A DNA stretch of 32,709 nt from Catajapyx aquilonaris. Lineage: Eukaryota. The translations under genes and the position numbers were made by a program. Position 1 is the first letter of the stretch, and every line of letters begins with the position of its first letter. Below are positions 1-11,600 of this stretch, piece after piece. The stretch spans positions 62,001-94,709 of the forward strand of contig KZ538844.1 in the NCBI GenBank assembly GCA_000934665.2, given 5' to 3'. Below the pieces are notes generated by a model. That model searched no databases. It was not told the origin of the DNA and saw nothing but the letters and a program-made list of their open reading frames with translations.

Positions 1-295
1 CACCGACCTTCTCAGGGTATCCTCCCCATACTGTCCCCTCAGTCTGGTGACAATGTCCGATGTTTTGATGCCTTCCGCTACCAGAAACTTAATGATAACG
101 CTGTGTCCCACTACTGCGCTGACACCACCCGATACCATCTTTTTTTGCTCTCTCACAGGACTGTTTACGGAGACTGGCCCTTGACTGAATATACAAGACA
201 GTTGAAGGAAGGTGTGGGATAAGTTTGACACCTGTGTCACTTGTGTATGATTTGTTAAAAAATAAAGTCCGGGAATGACTTGAACACTCCTCGTA
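1..295 (-). mobile_element. Mariner transposon 5' end (TIR plus start of transposase), cut by the window edge, lying antisense in a glucosidase intron
   Basis: The minus strand from ATG 138 reads MVSGGVSAVVGHSVIIKFLVAEGIKTSDIVTRLRGQYGEDTLRRSV, matching the Mos1-type N-terminal HTH (IKFL..EG.K..DI..RL..QYG...L). The terminus TA-CGAGGAGTGTTCAAGTCATTCCCGGACT (295 down to 266) resembles the one at 17359-17387. Confidence 0.85.
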
Positions 296-449
296 AGACT
301 GGGAATTTGTAGAACACCTCTCTTGTTTATTGCTCAAATTTTTGGTGCCTAGATGGTTGATAGTGTCTACTAGAAAAGTGATCGCACATCCTCAAAATAA
401 AAAAACGCTTGGATATTTTTCCATTGAAAATTAATTTATCTTGTTTTAG

Positions 450-556
450 GAAACTGGCTTCTCGATGTGATTTCGACTCAAAGGCATGGCTAGAAAAGGT
501 TGTGATTATTGGCCTACCAATAAAGCCCACCTTCATTGATGGCTCTGAAAAGATGG
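450..556 (+). CDS. GANAB: Neutral alpha-glucosidase AB-like (GH31, glucosidase II alpha subunit), penultimate exon
   Basis: ttgttttag acceptor and G|gtaagt donor. Encodes KLASRCDFDSKAWLEKVVIIGLPIKPTFIDGSEKM, similar to the GANAB C-terminal motif WIERVVIIG. GANAB versus a GANC-like paralogue cannot be resolved from this fragment. Confidence 0.8.
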
Positions 557-620
557 GTAAGTATCCTTTTGTTTCATGGATTTCAGTAATGTAATGCTAA
601 CAAAATGTAATATCTTCTAG

Positions 621-730
621 CCTTAGGAAGTGTAAAGATGCAGTACTCTTATGATTACAAGAAACAGATTTTGGTGATTCGCAAGCCTGGCTTTCTCATC
701 AAGAATGAATGGAGTATCAACTTCAAATGA
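621..730 (+). CDS. GANAB: Neutral alpha-glucosidase AB-like, last exon
   Basis: Phase-1 acceptor cttctag (an in-frame alternative AG lies 6 nt downstream). Encodes LGSVKMQYSYDYKKQILVIRKPGFLIKNEWSINFK*, matching the GANAB terminus VLVLRKPG...DWSIHLR. AATAAA at 946-951. Confidence 0.85.
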
Positions 731-1258
731 GTGGTGTTGGGGCATTAAGCCTTGGAAACAATGACTTTTCAGTTGTTTTTTATGTTGTGGATTGGGGAGG
801 GAAGGGATTGAAAGCTGGGGATTTCTTGGCAGGGGAAAATTTAAGTGAGAGAAAAAAAGAGACTGCAAGTGGAACCATCTTGAAGTGTTTCAAGTGTATT
901 TTTTCACAATGTGAAACAAGTTTCAGCTGCTGTTCAGCCTTGAGAAATAAATGGGGGAAAAAATGTACAAGTTTTGTTTGCCTATCTAGCAATTAAGCAG
1001 CCTGGAAGAGAGACTACCATGATTATTCTAAGATAAGGAATCATTATGTTTACAGGACTGAAGTTGTTCCATTTAGAATGCTCCTCATGCAAAGAAATCC
1101 TTTCATGGTCATGAAACTGTCCAGCCTCCTTGAATCAAGCTTCTGACTCTCGTCACCTAGACATGCACTGTTACGAAGGGGAATGTTTTGAGTAGCTTCC
1201 TAGATAAACTACTGTTGAAAACTGGTGGGTTAATGGGTTGCCTTTAAATATAGCTTCA

Positions 1259-1312
1259 GGGAGGGAAGGAGGGTGGAGTTGGGCAGTTGGGAGGTTAGGG
1301 TGGCGCGCCAAA
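1259..1312 (+). promoter_or_regulatory. G-quadruplex-capable tract followed by an E2F-type site
   Basis: Six GGG runs at 1259-1300, then TGGCGCGCCAAA (palindrome 1301-1310; TTTGGCGCG on the minus strand). Function is unproven. Confidence 0.3.
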
Positions 1313-1741
1313 TGAGACTGGGGTTTCAGCAGGCCGAAAAAAGTTTGTCAGCTTTTATAAGCGGTAGAACAAGAAGCAGCGTTTTGACTGGTGGGGTCTC
1401 AGATTTGTGTTACTTTATAACATGAACCCTTCCTCCTTCCAACTACCTCCCTAAACTTGCTAGTGATGAAAAAAGTTGATTGGCAGAAGAAGCAGCTGTT
1501 CCACACATTTGTAGCCACCCACTGCCAGTGTAAAGACAAGGGTAAGATTGTGATTTGTGGACTGTGAACATATCAACCCTTGGAAGTGCCACAGCTGGGA
1601 TCAACCATGGCCTGCAATTATCATTGCTTGTACTGCAAAGTTCTTTCAGAGGCACATGAAAACTTCAAGACCAACATGTTTTATTCCCAGTAAGTCTTCT
1701 GTGTAATTTTAATTACAAGTTATTCATGTTTACTAAGGGGT

Positions 1742-1850
1742 GGTTGTATGGACATGAGTCAAGGTTAACTTGAAGTCAGTTCTTGTGTACAATACATATA
1801 GAGATTATAGACTAACTCCATAGTTAACCTTAACTCATTTTCATACAACC
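1742..1850. mobile_element. Short MITE / fold-back element
   Basis: About 40-bp imperfect inverted repeats: ggttgtatggacatgagtcaaggttaacttgaagtcagt and actaactccatagttaaccttaactcattttcatacaacc. Confidence 0.7.
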
Positions 1851-2488
1851 TTACATAAGACTGAAACAGCTGAAATTAAAGGACGTGCATTAGGAAATGA
1901 CTTTTAGATCCCTGGTGAATTGGCAACATGAGAATTATTCTCGAAGGAGACATTTGTTAGTTTTTATGGCACTCCACCCTTGATGAACTATACTGTAAAT
2001 GTGGAGTGGATGGAATTTAATGAGAATATGCTTCTTGCCCACCCAGTGGCCCACATCTCTTGCTTGAAAAATGGCAAGAAGATATGCTAGTGCCACAGTA
2101 TTTCAACAGACAGGGGGTACCTCATCCTGAATACGGACATTTCAAGCCAACTAAGAGGTTTCTGGAAGAAGCTAGGACACGTATTGGACAACACCAGAGG
2201 ATGCATCCTTCTCAAGCTACATTCAAGGTAGGGCAGATTTGTTTTGCAAGGGTGGCATTTTGGCATAGTGGTTTAGGCCACTATGCCATCTTGGAGTTCC
2301 CATGTTTGATCTGTGGATTAAGCAGAGTATTTTCTTATGTGGCAAGAGTCTTAATGGGGCGTAATCATGTTTGTGTGGGTTTTCTTGGGGTGCTGTCATT
2401 TCTTCCCAATCAGTATCCAGCATCATTGAGGTTATAAACTATTGTCAGGTGAATGAAAGATGACCCCTTAATCATATAGAATCAATTT

Positions 2489-2888
2489 GTGTTATGCAAT
2501 AATGAGTCAACCCACATGAGAACCGTTTGAGAAAACCGACATTGAAGGTCATACGTGTGAAATTAATTCAGTGTTCTTTTCGGTCATTTATGGCAGAAGT
2601 ATGCAGATTTCACGAGCATGATTTTAACTGAATGAAGTAGGATCCTTTAGGTATATGTTCCTGGGCTTAGCTCAATTTTGACAATTTTGTGGGTTGACAA
2701 ATTGTTGCATAACACCGTCCATGCACACCATTCGTGAGTTATCTTTTCGGTCATTTGTGGCAGAAGTATGCAGATTTCGCCACCTTCATTTTAACTGAAT
2801 GAAGTACTATCCTTTGGGTATATGTTCCTGGAATTAACTCAATTTTGACATTTTTGTGGGTTGACCCATTATTGCATAACACGGTCCA
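2489..2888. mobile_element. Non-autonomous DNA transposon with a duplicated right end
   Basis: Left TIR gtgttatgcaataatgagtcaacccaca (2489-2516) pairs with tgtgggttgacccattattgcataacac. The right 146 bp occur twice with a 167-bp period (2576-2721 and 2743-2888). Confidence 0.75.
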
Positions 2889-4049
2889 ATTACTTGTTTT
2901 GGATTCTCTATTGATCATTCAATTGGCCCTTGGCAACACTTTATACATAAGGCTCAACCTTTAGCATGGGCCAGTACGGGCCAGTATAAAACTGGAAGCA
3001 GAGGGAGACATGTCCAAATATGATGAAACCTATGAAGGACTGATGTGAGGTCCAACATCAATTCCACGAAAGTTGATAAATATTGACTAAGAGTCTGGTA
3101 CTTGGAATGATTTAACACAACTTGAAGCAGTATCTTTTGAGCTTCAGTCATGTTTTCTATCCTTGGGTGAAGTTTGTAGGAGAAAAAAAATTGCCAGGCC
3201 CAGCAACTCTTCAGTAGCAATATGTGAATCATTAGAATATCATGGTGACTGAATGGGTGACGCATGTTTGAGTTGGATTCATAGTTCAGCACCATTGCAG
3301 CTGTTTTAAAGTGCAGTTGCAAAACAAAGCACATTATTTTTGTTGGCATGAAGGATGCGTGCCAGAAAAATTAAACCACATCCTAGAAAATGGTGCATAG
3401 ATGTGATCCTATCATGCACATTATTCACATGTCACGTTCCACGGCTATGAAGAGGGTACTGACGCGGGTGCCTGTAAGAGGTACTAATTGATCTGCATGT
3501 CTGATGGCTCAAAAACGAGATGTATGGCTCTCAATTCCTACGATCCAAGAAAGGATGCGAAATCACAACCGCAACTTGTGATTGTAGGCTTAACGGTTTT
3601 ATGCCTAAAAATGACTGTTTTTTTTCTATATGATTTGCAGAAACGCGAGTTAAAGGTCGCTTTTTACTGAACAGAACGGTCAACTGCATAAGGCGGAGGG
3701 TGAGATAACGCATTCGTGATAAGAGACTTGAGACTGCAGCAAAAGTGGTGTGCACCCTTGATTACGAGTAATCATTTTCCAGCAGGAAGCATTTGAGTCA
3801 CTGAGTGTGTGAATGCACGACAATGTGCACATCTGATTACGCGAGTACGGAATTTTCCTTCTTACGTAACAGGACTCAAACAGCGCGCACTTCACCCGCC
3901 AATAAAAATAATGCCCATTCACACACCACATATGCGTCACACTCACAATATCCTATATCCTAGCATAGTCTTATCACCTGATATTCGCATTTTTTTCGCA
4001 CGGTAATTAAAAGCGGCATTTTGAATGAGTTGCGCCTATCGGCAATACT

Positions 4050-4337
4050 GACTGAAAACATGGCGCAAGTTGTTACTGTATATCTTCGGAAATGGAATCA
4101 GGCGAGGAGTGCTTCCGAGATGAAATCCGGGTGTCAAGGGGTGGAAGTAGTGGGCTTCGGGCCAAATCCGTGGGTGGGTAGCTAGCTTGGCGGCCTCCTT
4201 TCGAGACGATCACAAGCTTCCCAGAGTACAGCCGGAACAGTCTTACGACTTTTTCCGCTCTAATACGCCGCATCCTGACACACGTGCGCTTCTTTTTAGT
4301 GCACGTGTAGGATTACAGGCAAAGGAGCAAGGTGCGT
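4050..4337 (+). promoter_or_regulatory. Probable distal calpain promoter and non-coding first exon
   Basis: Lies in a CpG-rich block (about 3450-5400). YY1/Pho-like AAAACATGGCG near 4055-4065. Donor AAG|gtgcgt at 4331/4332 could join the acceptor at 5362/5363, upstream of the ATG. Confidence 0.4.
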
Positions 4338-5137
4338 ACATTTGGTGTCCTCATGTGGTGTTTACGTAGGTCGATCACGATTTGGTTGTGGCATTGTGGA
4401 TGAATCGTCCTCGTACTCTCATCACATAATATCTCGGAAGTGACATCATGCTCCTGAAATAACGCGTGGCAAAAAAAAATGCTATTATCATACGCATCTG
4501 AATCTCGGACACATGTGATGAGTCATTTGGCAGTGGTCCAGCCATGTGAGTTCACCCCACATGTCTCGTGCAAAAACCACCCCGTTTGACTTTTTCAAAA
4601 GCCGACAGTGCCCTTATACGGGGCCAGGACATTTAACACCGCAGTATGATTACTTCTGTATTGATTCTGAGATACGACGTAGAAGGTCCCTGCAGTGGAC
4701 TGCAGCTTCTCCGTGTGCTGCAGGTTACGTGACAGGGACATGCTCGATCGTTTTGAATGTTCCTTGTGTTCAGGATATTGGTATGCAAATAGGGGGGTCC
4801 CGATGTCTACGTGCCGGAGGGGTTACGTAATGTTTGTGGGGAGTAGGAGACAATACAAACGGTATATTTCATTTGAAGGTCAGATTTTAAGTCGGGAGGA
4901 AGAACCGGTTTCCAGACGGACCTCAATCGATTTTAATGCATGTGTCAGACAGTACGATGTGCATTTTCGAATATGACAAGTTTTACATAAAAAATTATGC
5001 ATTTGGAATAATCGCACTGTAATGCGGCACTTCTGCAGTTAGTGAGATGACACTACGGCCAGGCGTTATTATAGCAATTTACTGTGCATGTACTAGGCAT
5101 ATTAGTGTGAATGTCAAGAGGTAACAAGTGCACTCCC

Positions 5138-5240
5138 ACGTGAAACCCTTCATGCACGAGAAAGCCCAATATTTTCCACCTGTGATGACGTCATCGTCCT
5201 TGCCACCAGGTGATTCCTTATTCCACCTACTGCCACCTGG
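5138..5240. promoter_or_regulatory. CRE palindrome and E-box cluster upstream of the first coding exon
   Basis: GATGACGTCATC at 5184-5195, CACGTG at 5138-5143, and CACCTG/CAGGTG near 5177, 5207 and 5234. Confidence 0.3.
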
Positions 5241-5382
5241 TGAAGGTCCCGGTGGACGAAGACTCGGTCTGTTGGCTTCGTCTTCGACAGAATCCGACGC
5301 ATTCCCGGTGTCTATTCTTGACTCTGCCAGGAAGAGAGGGTCATATACTTCTACTTGCACAGTCTGAGAAAGAGCCTCGAAG

Positions 5383-5665
5383 ATGTCGGATGAAGAGGAA
5401 GTGGTGGAGGAACCCCTGGTAGTGAAAGAGGATTCCTTGCAGTATGCTGCTGGAGGATTCGGAGGACTTTTTGGCGGGGCCTTGAAAGCACTGAATCCGA
5501 GTGCACCACCACCCCAGCAGCCTTATCCTGGTTATCCAGGAGGACCCCCACAGAATTATGGAGGATATGCACCGATGGGAAGCAACTACGGAGGATCGGC
5601 TGCAACTAGTGATGGCCTTGGAGGAGTGCTCTTTGATGCCCTCAAGGGCGTTATTGGGCAGCAAG
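5383..5665 (+). CDS. CalpA/CalpB: Calpain long-isoform exon 1 (acidic start, Gly/Pro/Tyr-rich)
   Basis: Acceptor at 5362, ATG 5383, [11 protein letters not shown]...[15 protein letters not shown], phase-1 donor G|gtgtgt. Confidence 0.8.
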
Positions 5666-8600
5666 GTGTGTCTGACTGCAAAGCTCTTTCGCAATGGTTC
5701 ACCCAAAATGTTTAGAACTGCACTGGGGAAACTGTCAGCTGAGTTGAGACATCCTGAATATTTTCGCTGCTCTTAAAAATAATTTTCACTGCAGGACACT
5801 TCCCTATGATTCACGCACGTTTTTACTTACAATTTCGACATTAACACATCCTGTTTTGTCAGCGCTTCAATTCTTGCAGTACTGCTGCCATATACAATTA
5901 TTGCAGGAAATGGCCAGTGTTGAGTCTTAAATTCATTTTCTCCGTCATGCTCAGTGTCACATTTTGCTGAGCAAGGCATTCTTCACTAAAATTGCAGTCT
6001 TTGCACCATACGTAGATTGACAGGAAAAGCATGCTTTGGGTGAACTTCTCTAAAACCAAATGCTATGCTTGATCGCTTCAAGGTGGAGGTGGGGGCGCCC
6101 CAGGAGGGTACCCTGGATACCCTAGTGGTCCACCAGGATATGGAGGCTATGGACCACCTCCTGCTCCTTATGGAGGAGGGTATGGACCTCCTCCGGGAGG
6201 TTATGGCCCTCCTCCTGGTCAGTATGGAGGCTACCCACCAGCAAACCCTTATGGGGGATATCCACCTCAAGGAGGATATCCACCTCAAGGAGGCTATGCT
6301 CCTCCAGGTTCACATGGGGGCTATGGTCCACCCCAAGGGGGCTATCCGCCTCAAGGTGCTGGACATCCAGGTGGTTTCGATATTGGAGGTTTACTGTCCA
6401 TGGCACTCAAAAGTGCCGTTGGTGGAGGAGGAGGAGGAGGAGGCGGATATCAACAGCCAGGATACCCACCACCACAGCAACCACAGCCAGGCGGATTCCA
6501 GATGCCTGGTGGCGGCGGCGGCGGCTTGATGGGAGGATTGCTGTCTGGTGCACTTGGATCTCTCGGAGGTGGGCAGCAATATGGATTTGCATTGTTGCTG
6601 AAGTGCAAGCCAGTACTTTATTTGGAAGCATCTTGCAAAAGCATGAATTTCTTAAAATGAAGTCTCAAGAGTCAGAAATTAAGAGGGGTACAGTAGAACC
6701 TTGATTATCCGACCGTCCCTCTCCGGCAATAAATCTGTTTTTTCATGAAATACTGTAATGTTCTATGCATTTGTTTATTCTGCCATAGTTAAATAGTAAC
6801 TACAGTACAGTAGAGGCTGTGTAAAAGATAAATACTTCACTATTTCTGAGAAAACCATAATATTGTACGTTATTTCATGTTTTTTTTGTTTTTCTGTGTG
6901 TTTTATTAAAGTTTTTTACTAATCGGATTATCCAACCTTTTCGGTTATCCGACAATGCCCCAGTCCCGTTGGTGACGGATAATCGGGGTGTTCAACTGTA
7001 TCTTACAATGTGTCCCAACATCTCAACTGTTATAATTTTAAAGGGCACGTACGTCCATTAACATTAACTTAGCAGGTTCTATTGCAGACAAAAAGATGAA
7101 GATAATTTTAATAGAAGATATGCTCAAAATATCTCCATCTTTGTGTCTGCTATAGTGCATCAGGGCCTGTAAACCTTAAGTGCATTGACATCTAACTCCT
7201 GAGGAATTTTTCTAATAGCCTTTTCTCAAATTGAGATGTGAATATTGTAATATACCAGTGCTCTAGTGTCACATTAATAAGTTCCAGTCATTTGTGCATT
7301 TTGAATTATCTTTTGTCCTATATGTGGTGCTAATAAAGGGCCACCTGTTATGTCGATTGTGACTGAGCCAACCCCCCGCAACTCCCATGATATGGTGGTG
7401 TAATTAGAGAGTCCCTGCAGCCTGGAATTTGGCACCCACAGGCATCTTATGATTCGGGTGGACTCCTGACCCAACCTGAACCTTCCTTTCCCAATCAGCT
7501 GGTCTGGAGAGCATTAGCAGATCGCCAGTCAGCCACCCGAATCGTAAGATGCCTATGGGGCTACGCCAGCGCCAAATTCCAGGCTGGCGAAGACTTTCTA
7601 ATTAAACTACCATCACCATAAGGCTAGGCTGGGAGTTTGGGGGGGGGGGGGTGGACTGAGCTATAAACATAGGGCATAATGGCTATCCCTTCTTCAGCAC
7701 AATTTATTAGTGAAACATGAAGTATATGATTATGCTCAAAGATCTGGAACTTGGTCCCATGTAATGCAGAAGGAACTTTGGACAGAACATAAACTCTCCT
7801 AATGTAACATAATCATAAACTAATTTATTTCTTATTTAAAGTATTAAAATATGCATCTAATTTGTAATTAATTGGATAGCTAACAATTAATTCTGGTTTG
7901 GTGTAACATATTCACACATACATACAGTGGTATACAGGTCACTATGTGTCAGGATTGAAAATTACAGTGTTCAATACATTACGTCAGATTTCATGAATGG
8001 ACTTAATATATTCCATTCTTGAAATCTGAAGTAAGATACTGTATTACAATCCAACAGGGCATGGTGTGCCATTCTGACTGGAATTGGGAGCGAATTAGGA
8101 AACTAGGCAACTTCCAAGTAGAGTACTGGTAAATTGTAACCGCTGTACATTGCATTGTTCGGTGATTGTTGTCAGGGGGAGGCCAGAAGCAGCAAGGTGG
8201 TGGGGGAGGCAACTTGGTTGGAGGGCTGCTCTCTGGAGCACTGGGAGCAATGGGTGGAAAGCAAGGGAGCGGAGGTGGAGGTGGGGGTCTGGGCAACATG
8301 CTGCAAGGAGCCCTCGTGTCCGGTCTGATGGGCGGGGGAGGGCAAAAGCAGGGGCAGGGAGATCTCTTGGGAAACCTACTGTCTGGGGCTCTCAAGTCTG
8401 CGGTGAGCCACCAGGTTGGTACAGAAGCTCCTGGTGATGAGGAAAAGTCGTCTTTTGGGAGCATGCTTCAGACTGTTGGATCCCTGCTGCCATTAGCATT
8501 CAAGATGTATGGCATCGGACAAGATGACAGTGGGCAGCCAAGCAGCCTCATAGGGGAGTTTGGGGACTTCTTCATCGACACACTCATCAGGCCAAGAAAG

Positions 8601-11600
8601 CGTCCCACACCAGATATAGGAAAGTTCAATATTGTGAGTTGAAAGTCTTCTATCTGTTTTTGTCTGCAGTTTCCAACATTCATGCTTTTAAAAAAGGGCA
8701 CTTGGATTGGAAGATTATGCCTAGTGTGTACAGTCGACATTATATATTATTTTCATTCTCTGCCAAACCTTGGGTAGGAAGGGGCATTATTACTGCTATT
8801 GCCTTAGGAGTCGTCTTATATGGTAGCTGTCTGAAATTGATTGTGGCCTCTTGAAATTATTTGGTTTTGGACTGCACAGTCCATTACAAATGTGGAGGAA
8901 ACCTCTTCTGAATGGACAATATGTGAAAAAAATGTGCTTTAATGTAGGGGTGGCTGTTTTGGAACAATTTGACCCAAACCCAGTGGCAGTAGTAGTTGTT
9001 GGCCCGTTGACTTCCATGTCATCACCCAATACCCAGTCAATGATTGAAATGTAAAAAAGACAAACTCGGAAAACTTGAGGCTATTTCAGCCTAGTTGTAG
9101 AGGATAAGCATATGTCTTGGAATTGTTGGCAATTGTGTTCTTAGCTACATTGTCATCTTTCGAGTTTTGAGATTACATTTATACTAAAATTCTACAAAAG
9201 TACGATCATTTGACAGCTTCCTGATCCATATACTGTGATTTTCCTAAGGTCTGTTGTCATTGCTAAGCAATCAGCCATACTGTGACAAATGAAGTTGCTG
9301 AGGATTTGTTTATAGCAAATGAGGTGCTTGTTGATGGGTTGGTAGCATTTAGTCCTTTGTTGTTCATCTCCAAAGTGTCATAACAGGTTCAAAATTTTCA
9401 AGTGCCACACTCTTTTTTCGATAAAAAAACGAGGTTTCCCTCTGGAAATTTAGCAGTAAGTAAATCTTTTCACATGATTAACCGCTTCTGCCATGCCTAC
9501 TATAGTAGCAGACATTTATAAACCCCGCGTTCACGTGCAGAACTTCCGGCCAATGATGACTAGCCAGTTGCGAGTAATTGAATATATGACTGCATCGACA
9601 TGTCGCCCCCGCCACGTCTCTGGATGAGCTCAGATCCTAAAATTGCTAGCTGGACTCATTGCTATCTGCAATGAGGTTGTCCATGTTCCTTGTCACTGGA
9701 TTGAAAGGTGCGTCTTGTTCTTGAGGAATACTGCTTTGGTCATTGGCCCTTTGGAAAGCTGCCAGGCTGTAGGTCTTTGCCAAGGGAAATAACTTATGGA
9801 GTGGGGATAAGACGCCAGCTGGTAGCGTTGCGTTGTATTTATTTGGCACAAATTTGCTGGACTCAACGGAGTTCGTGTCGGTATACGTATCATTGTAATT
9901 ATTTAAGTGCGGCGGGTTGCACGCTATGTCGCGTAGCTTCTAAAATAGGGTGGGGCTGTTATCAGGCGGGATTTTTAATGCCGTTCATGTAAAGCTGGAG
10001 AATAGGAATGGCTGACTTTAACTGTGTACCATGGTCACAAGAGCACGAAATTGCAATTGCTATTTTAATGTTGCACAAAACTTCGATAAAATTATTCGTG
10101 AGCTCTTTTGTGGCCTTGCATTTGGTTGAATCGGATGTGTGAAATGGAAGTATCGCCAAGTGCATGAAATTCGTCGAAGGGTCGAAAATTCCGCGAAATA
10201 TAATTGATAATTCAAAATTCGCTCGATTGTCCAAAGCCGCCATACTCGATTATGCTCTCTGGGTAATTTGACCGAAACGGACCTGACAGGTGCACTTGTG
10301 AGTGTAAGACTTCGAAATTGCCAGAAAGACGTGACGAATTTATTGTGGCATTTTAAAGCACTACATGCAATAAACAATTAAGATTTAATACCACAGCAAG
10401 AATTTGAGTCACGGACATGATAACAGCCTCTGTGGTATTGTCCGATTCCAACCTGGCAAGTGGGATACTCCAGGAGCGTAATTAGATCGCATAGGAAAAT
10501 AGTTTTCGCTCCTAATATTTCCGGCAAGTAGAACCCTATATTCAATACGCCCCGATGAATATATTGGATGACCTCACCCTGAAACGCGATCTCATACAAA
10601 CTGGATGTTGCCACATGCCAACTGCATTTACTAAGAAAGTGCGGATGTGAGTAATAATGAGGATGAGAGGACCCAATTTCGTCCCTTTGACATTGACCGC
10701 AATGGCATACACCCCCTGAATCGAAGTGCCAGCCTCGGAGGAAGCGTGTACCACGGGCTCGGAATCAATAGCGGCAATAAGGGGCGCTTTCTACCCCCCC
10801 ACTCCTGTAACCCGATAAACATGGCTTCCTTCAACTCATGTGCTTAAGTGGTCGTATCTCTTCTGAGAAGTCCCCCGAGTCAGTCCAGGATGAGTGACAC
10901 AGAAGACATGGAGGAGCACGAGGAAGAAGGTGGCGATGGAGACGTGGAAGAATTTGGTGACTTTTTGGACGAGTTGAGAGGATTTGCGCGGGAAAGACAA
11001 CAACTGACCTGGGATGTGGAACCGAGTTCTGTAGACATTTTGGATTTAGTATCGAAACACGTGTCCAAATATACACGCTTTTTGCCCTCCATACGCGGCC
11101 TGAAAGTGGTAAGTGTTGAAATGGCAGATGGTGCTCGATTTATGACCCAGCGGGTTTTTGTGTGCGGCATGTACAAATATACAGTATATTTTTATGAAAG
11201 AGCGCGCATGGCGCCAGTGACCTCATCGTGCCGACCTTTTTCCGTCGGTGTTGAGTGACATCATTTTGCGGAAATCGATGCTTTTGTTAGGTATGAATAG
11301 ACCGTTTGGTATATGTTTGGAGGGGTGGTTTTGCCTAAAAAGCGTACCGGTGTACGGCCGTGATGTAAGCGAATATGTCGCGTCTAACCGAGGCCACATG
11401 TGGCAAATAGTGGAATATTTCATAAGCTCACGCCATGCAGAAAAAAAAAACTATCGACCTCACACTATGCAGCTAAAATACACTTAACGTATGCCATAAT
11501 AGCGTAAAAGTGTTCCCGGAACGAAATAATCTTGCACACATGTCCATAACCACATCCAGCACGTATTCTGTAAGCAACACAACCCAAATCGGGACAATAG

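Larger units (their letters stand above)
1422..3100 (+). pseudogene. Candidate decayed multi-exon gene or lncRNA of unknown identity
   Basis: Donor CCA|gtaagt at 1690, acceptor ttttag at 1907, donor AAG|gtaggg near 2228 and a possible acceptor near 2951. Protein-like frames are broken by sparse stops. No family recognised. Confidence 0.25.

Noticed and set aside
1..222. Open plus-strand frame HRPSQGILP...LKEGVG* as a glucosidase exon
   Set aside because: It is the antisense shadow of the mariner transposase, and its donor phase does not fit the exon at 450.
2060..2437. 125-aa ORF as an intact gene
   Set aside because: Non-ATG start, upstream in-frame stops and no recognisable domain; kept only as part of the pseudogene candidate.
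4546..4976. ORFs in the CpG-rich upstream block
   Set aside because: No homology and no consistent splice path; explained by GC-rich promoter or intron sequence.
6065..6529. 154-aa ORF with [14 protein letters not shown] repeats
   Set aside because: It is the shifted-frame reading of the Gly/Pro/Tyr exon; splice phases support the GYPP frame.
8003..8464. 153-aa Pro-rich minus-strand ORF
   Set aside because: Antisense shadow of the Gly-rich calpain exon.
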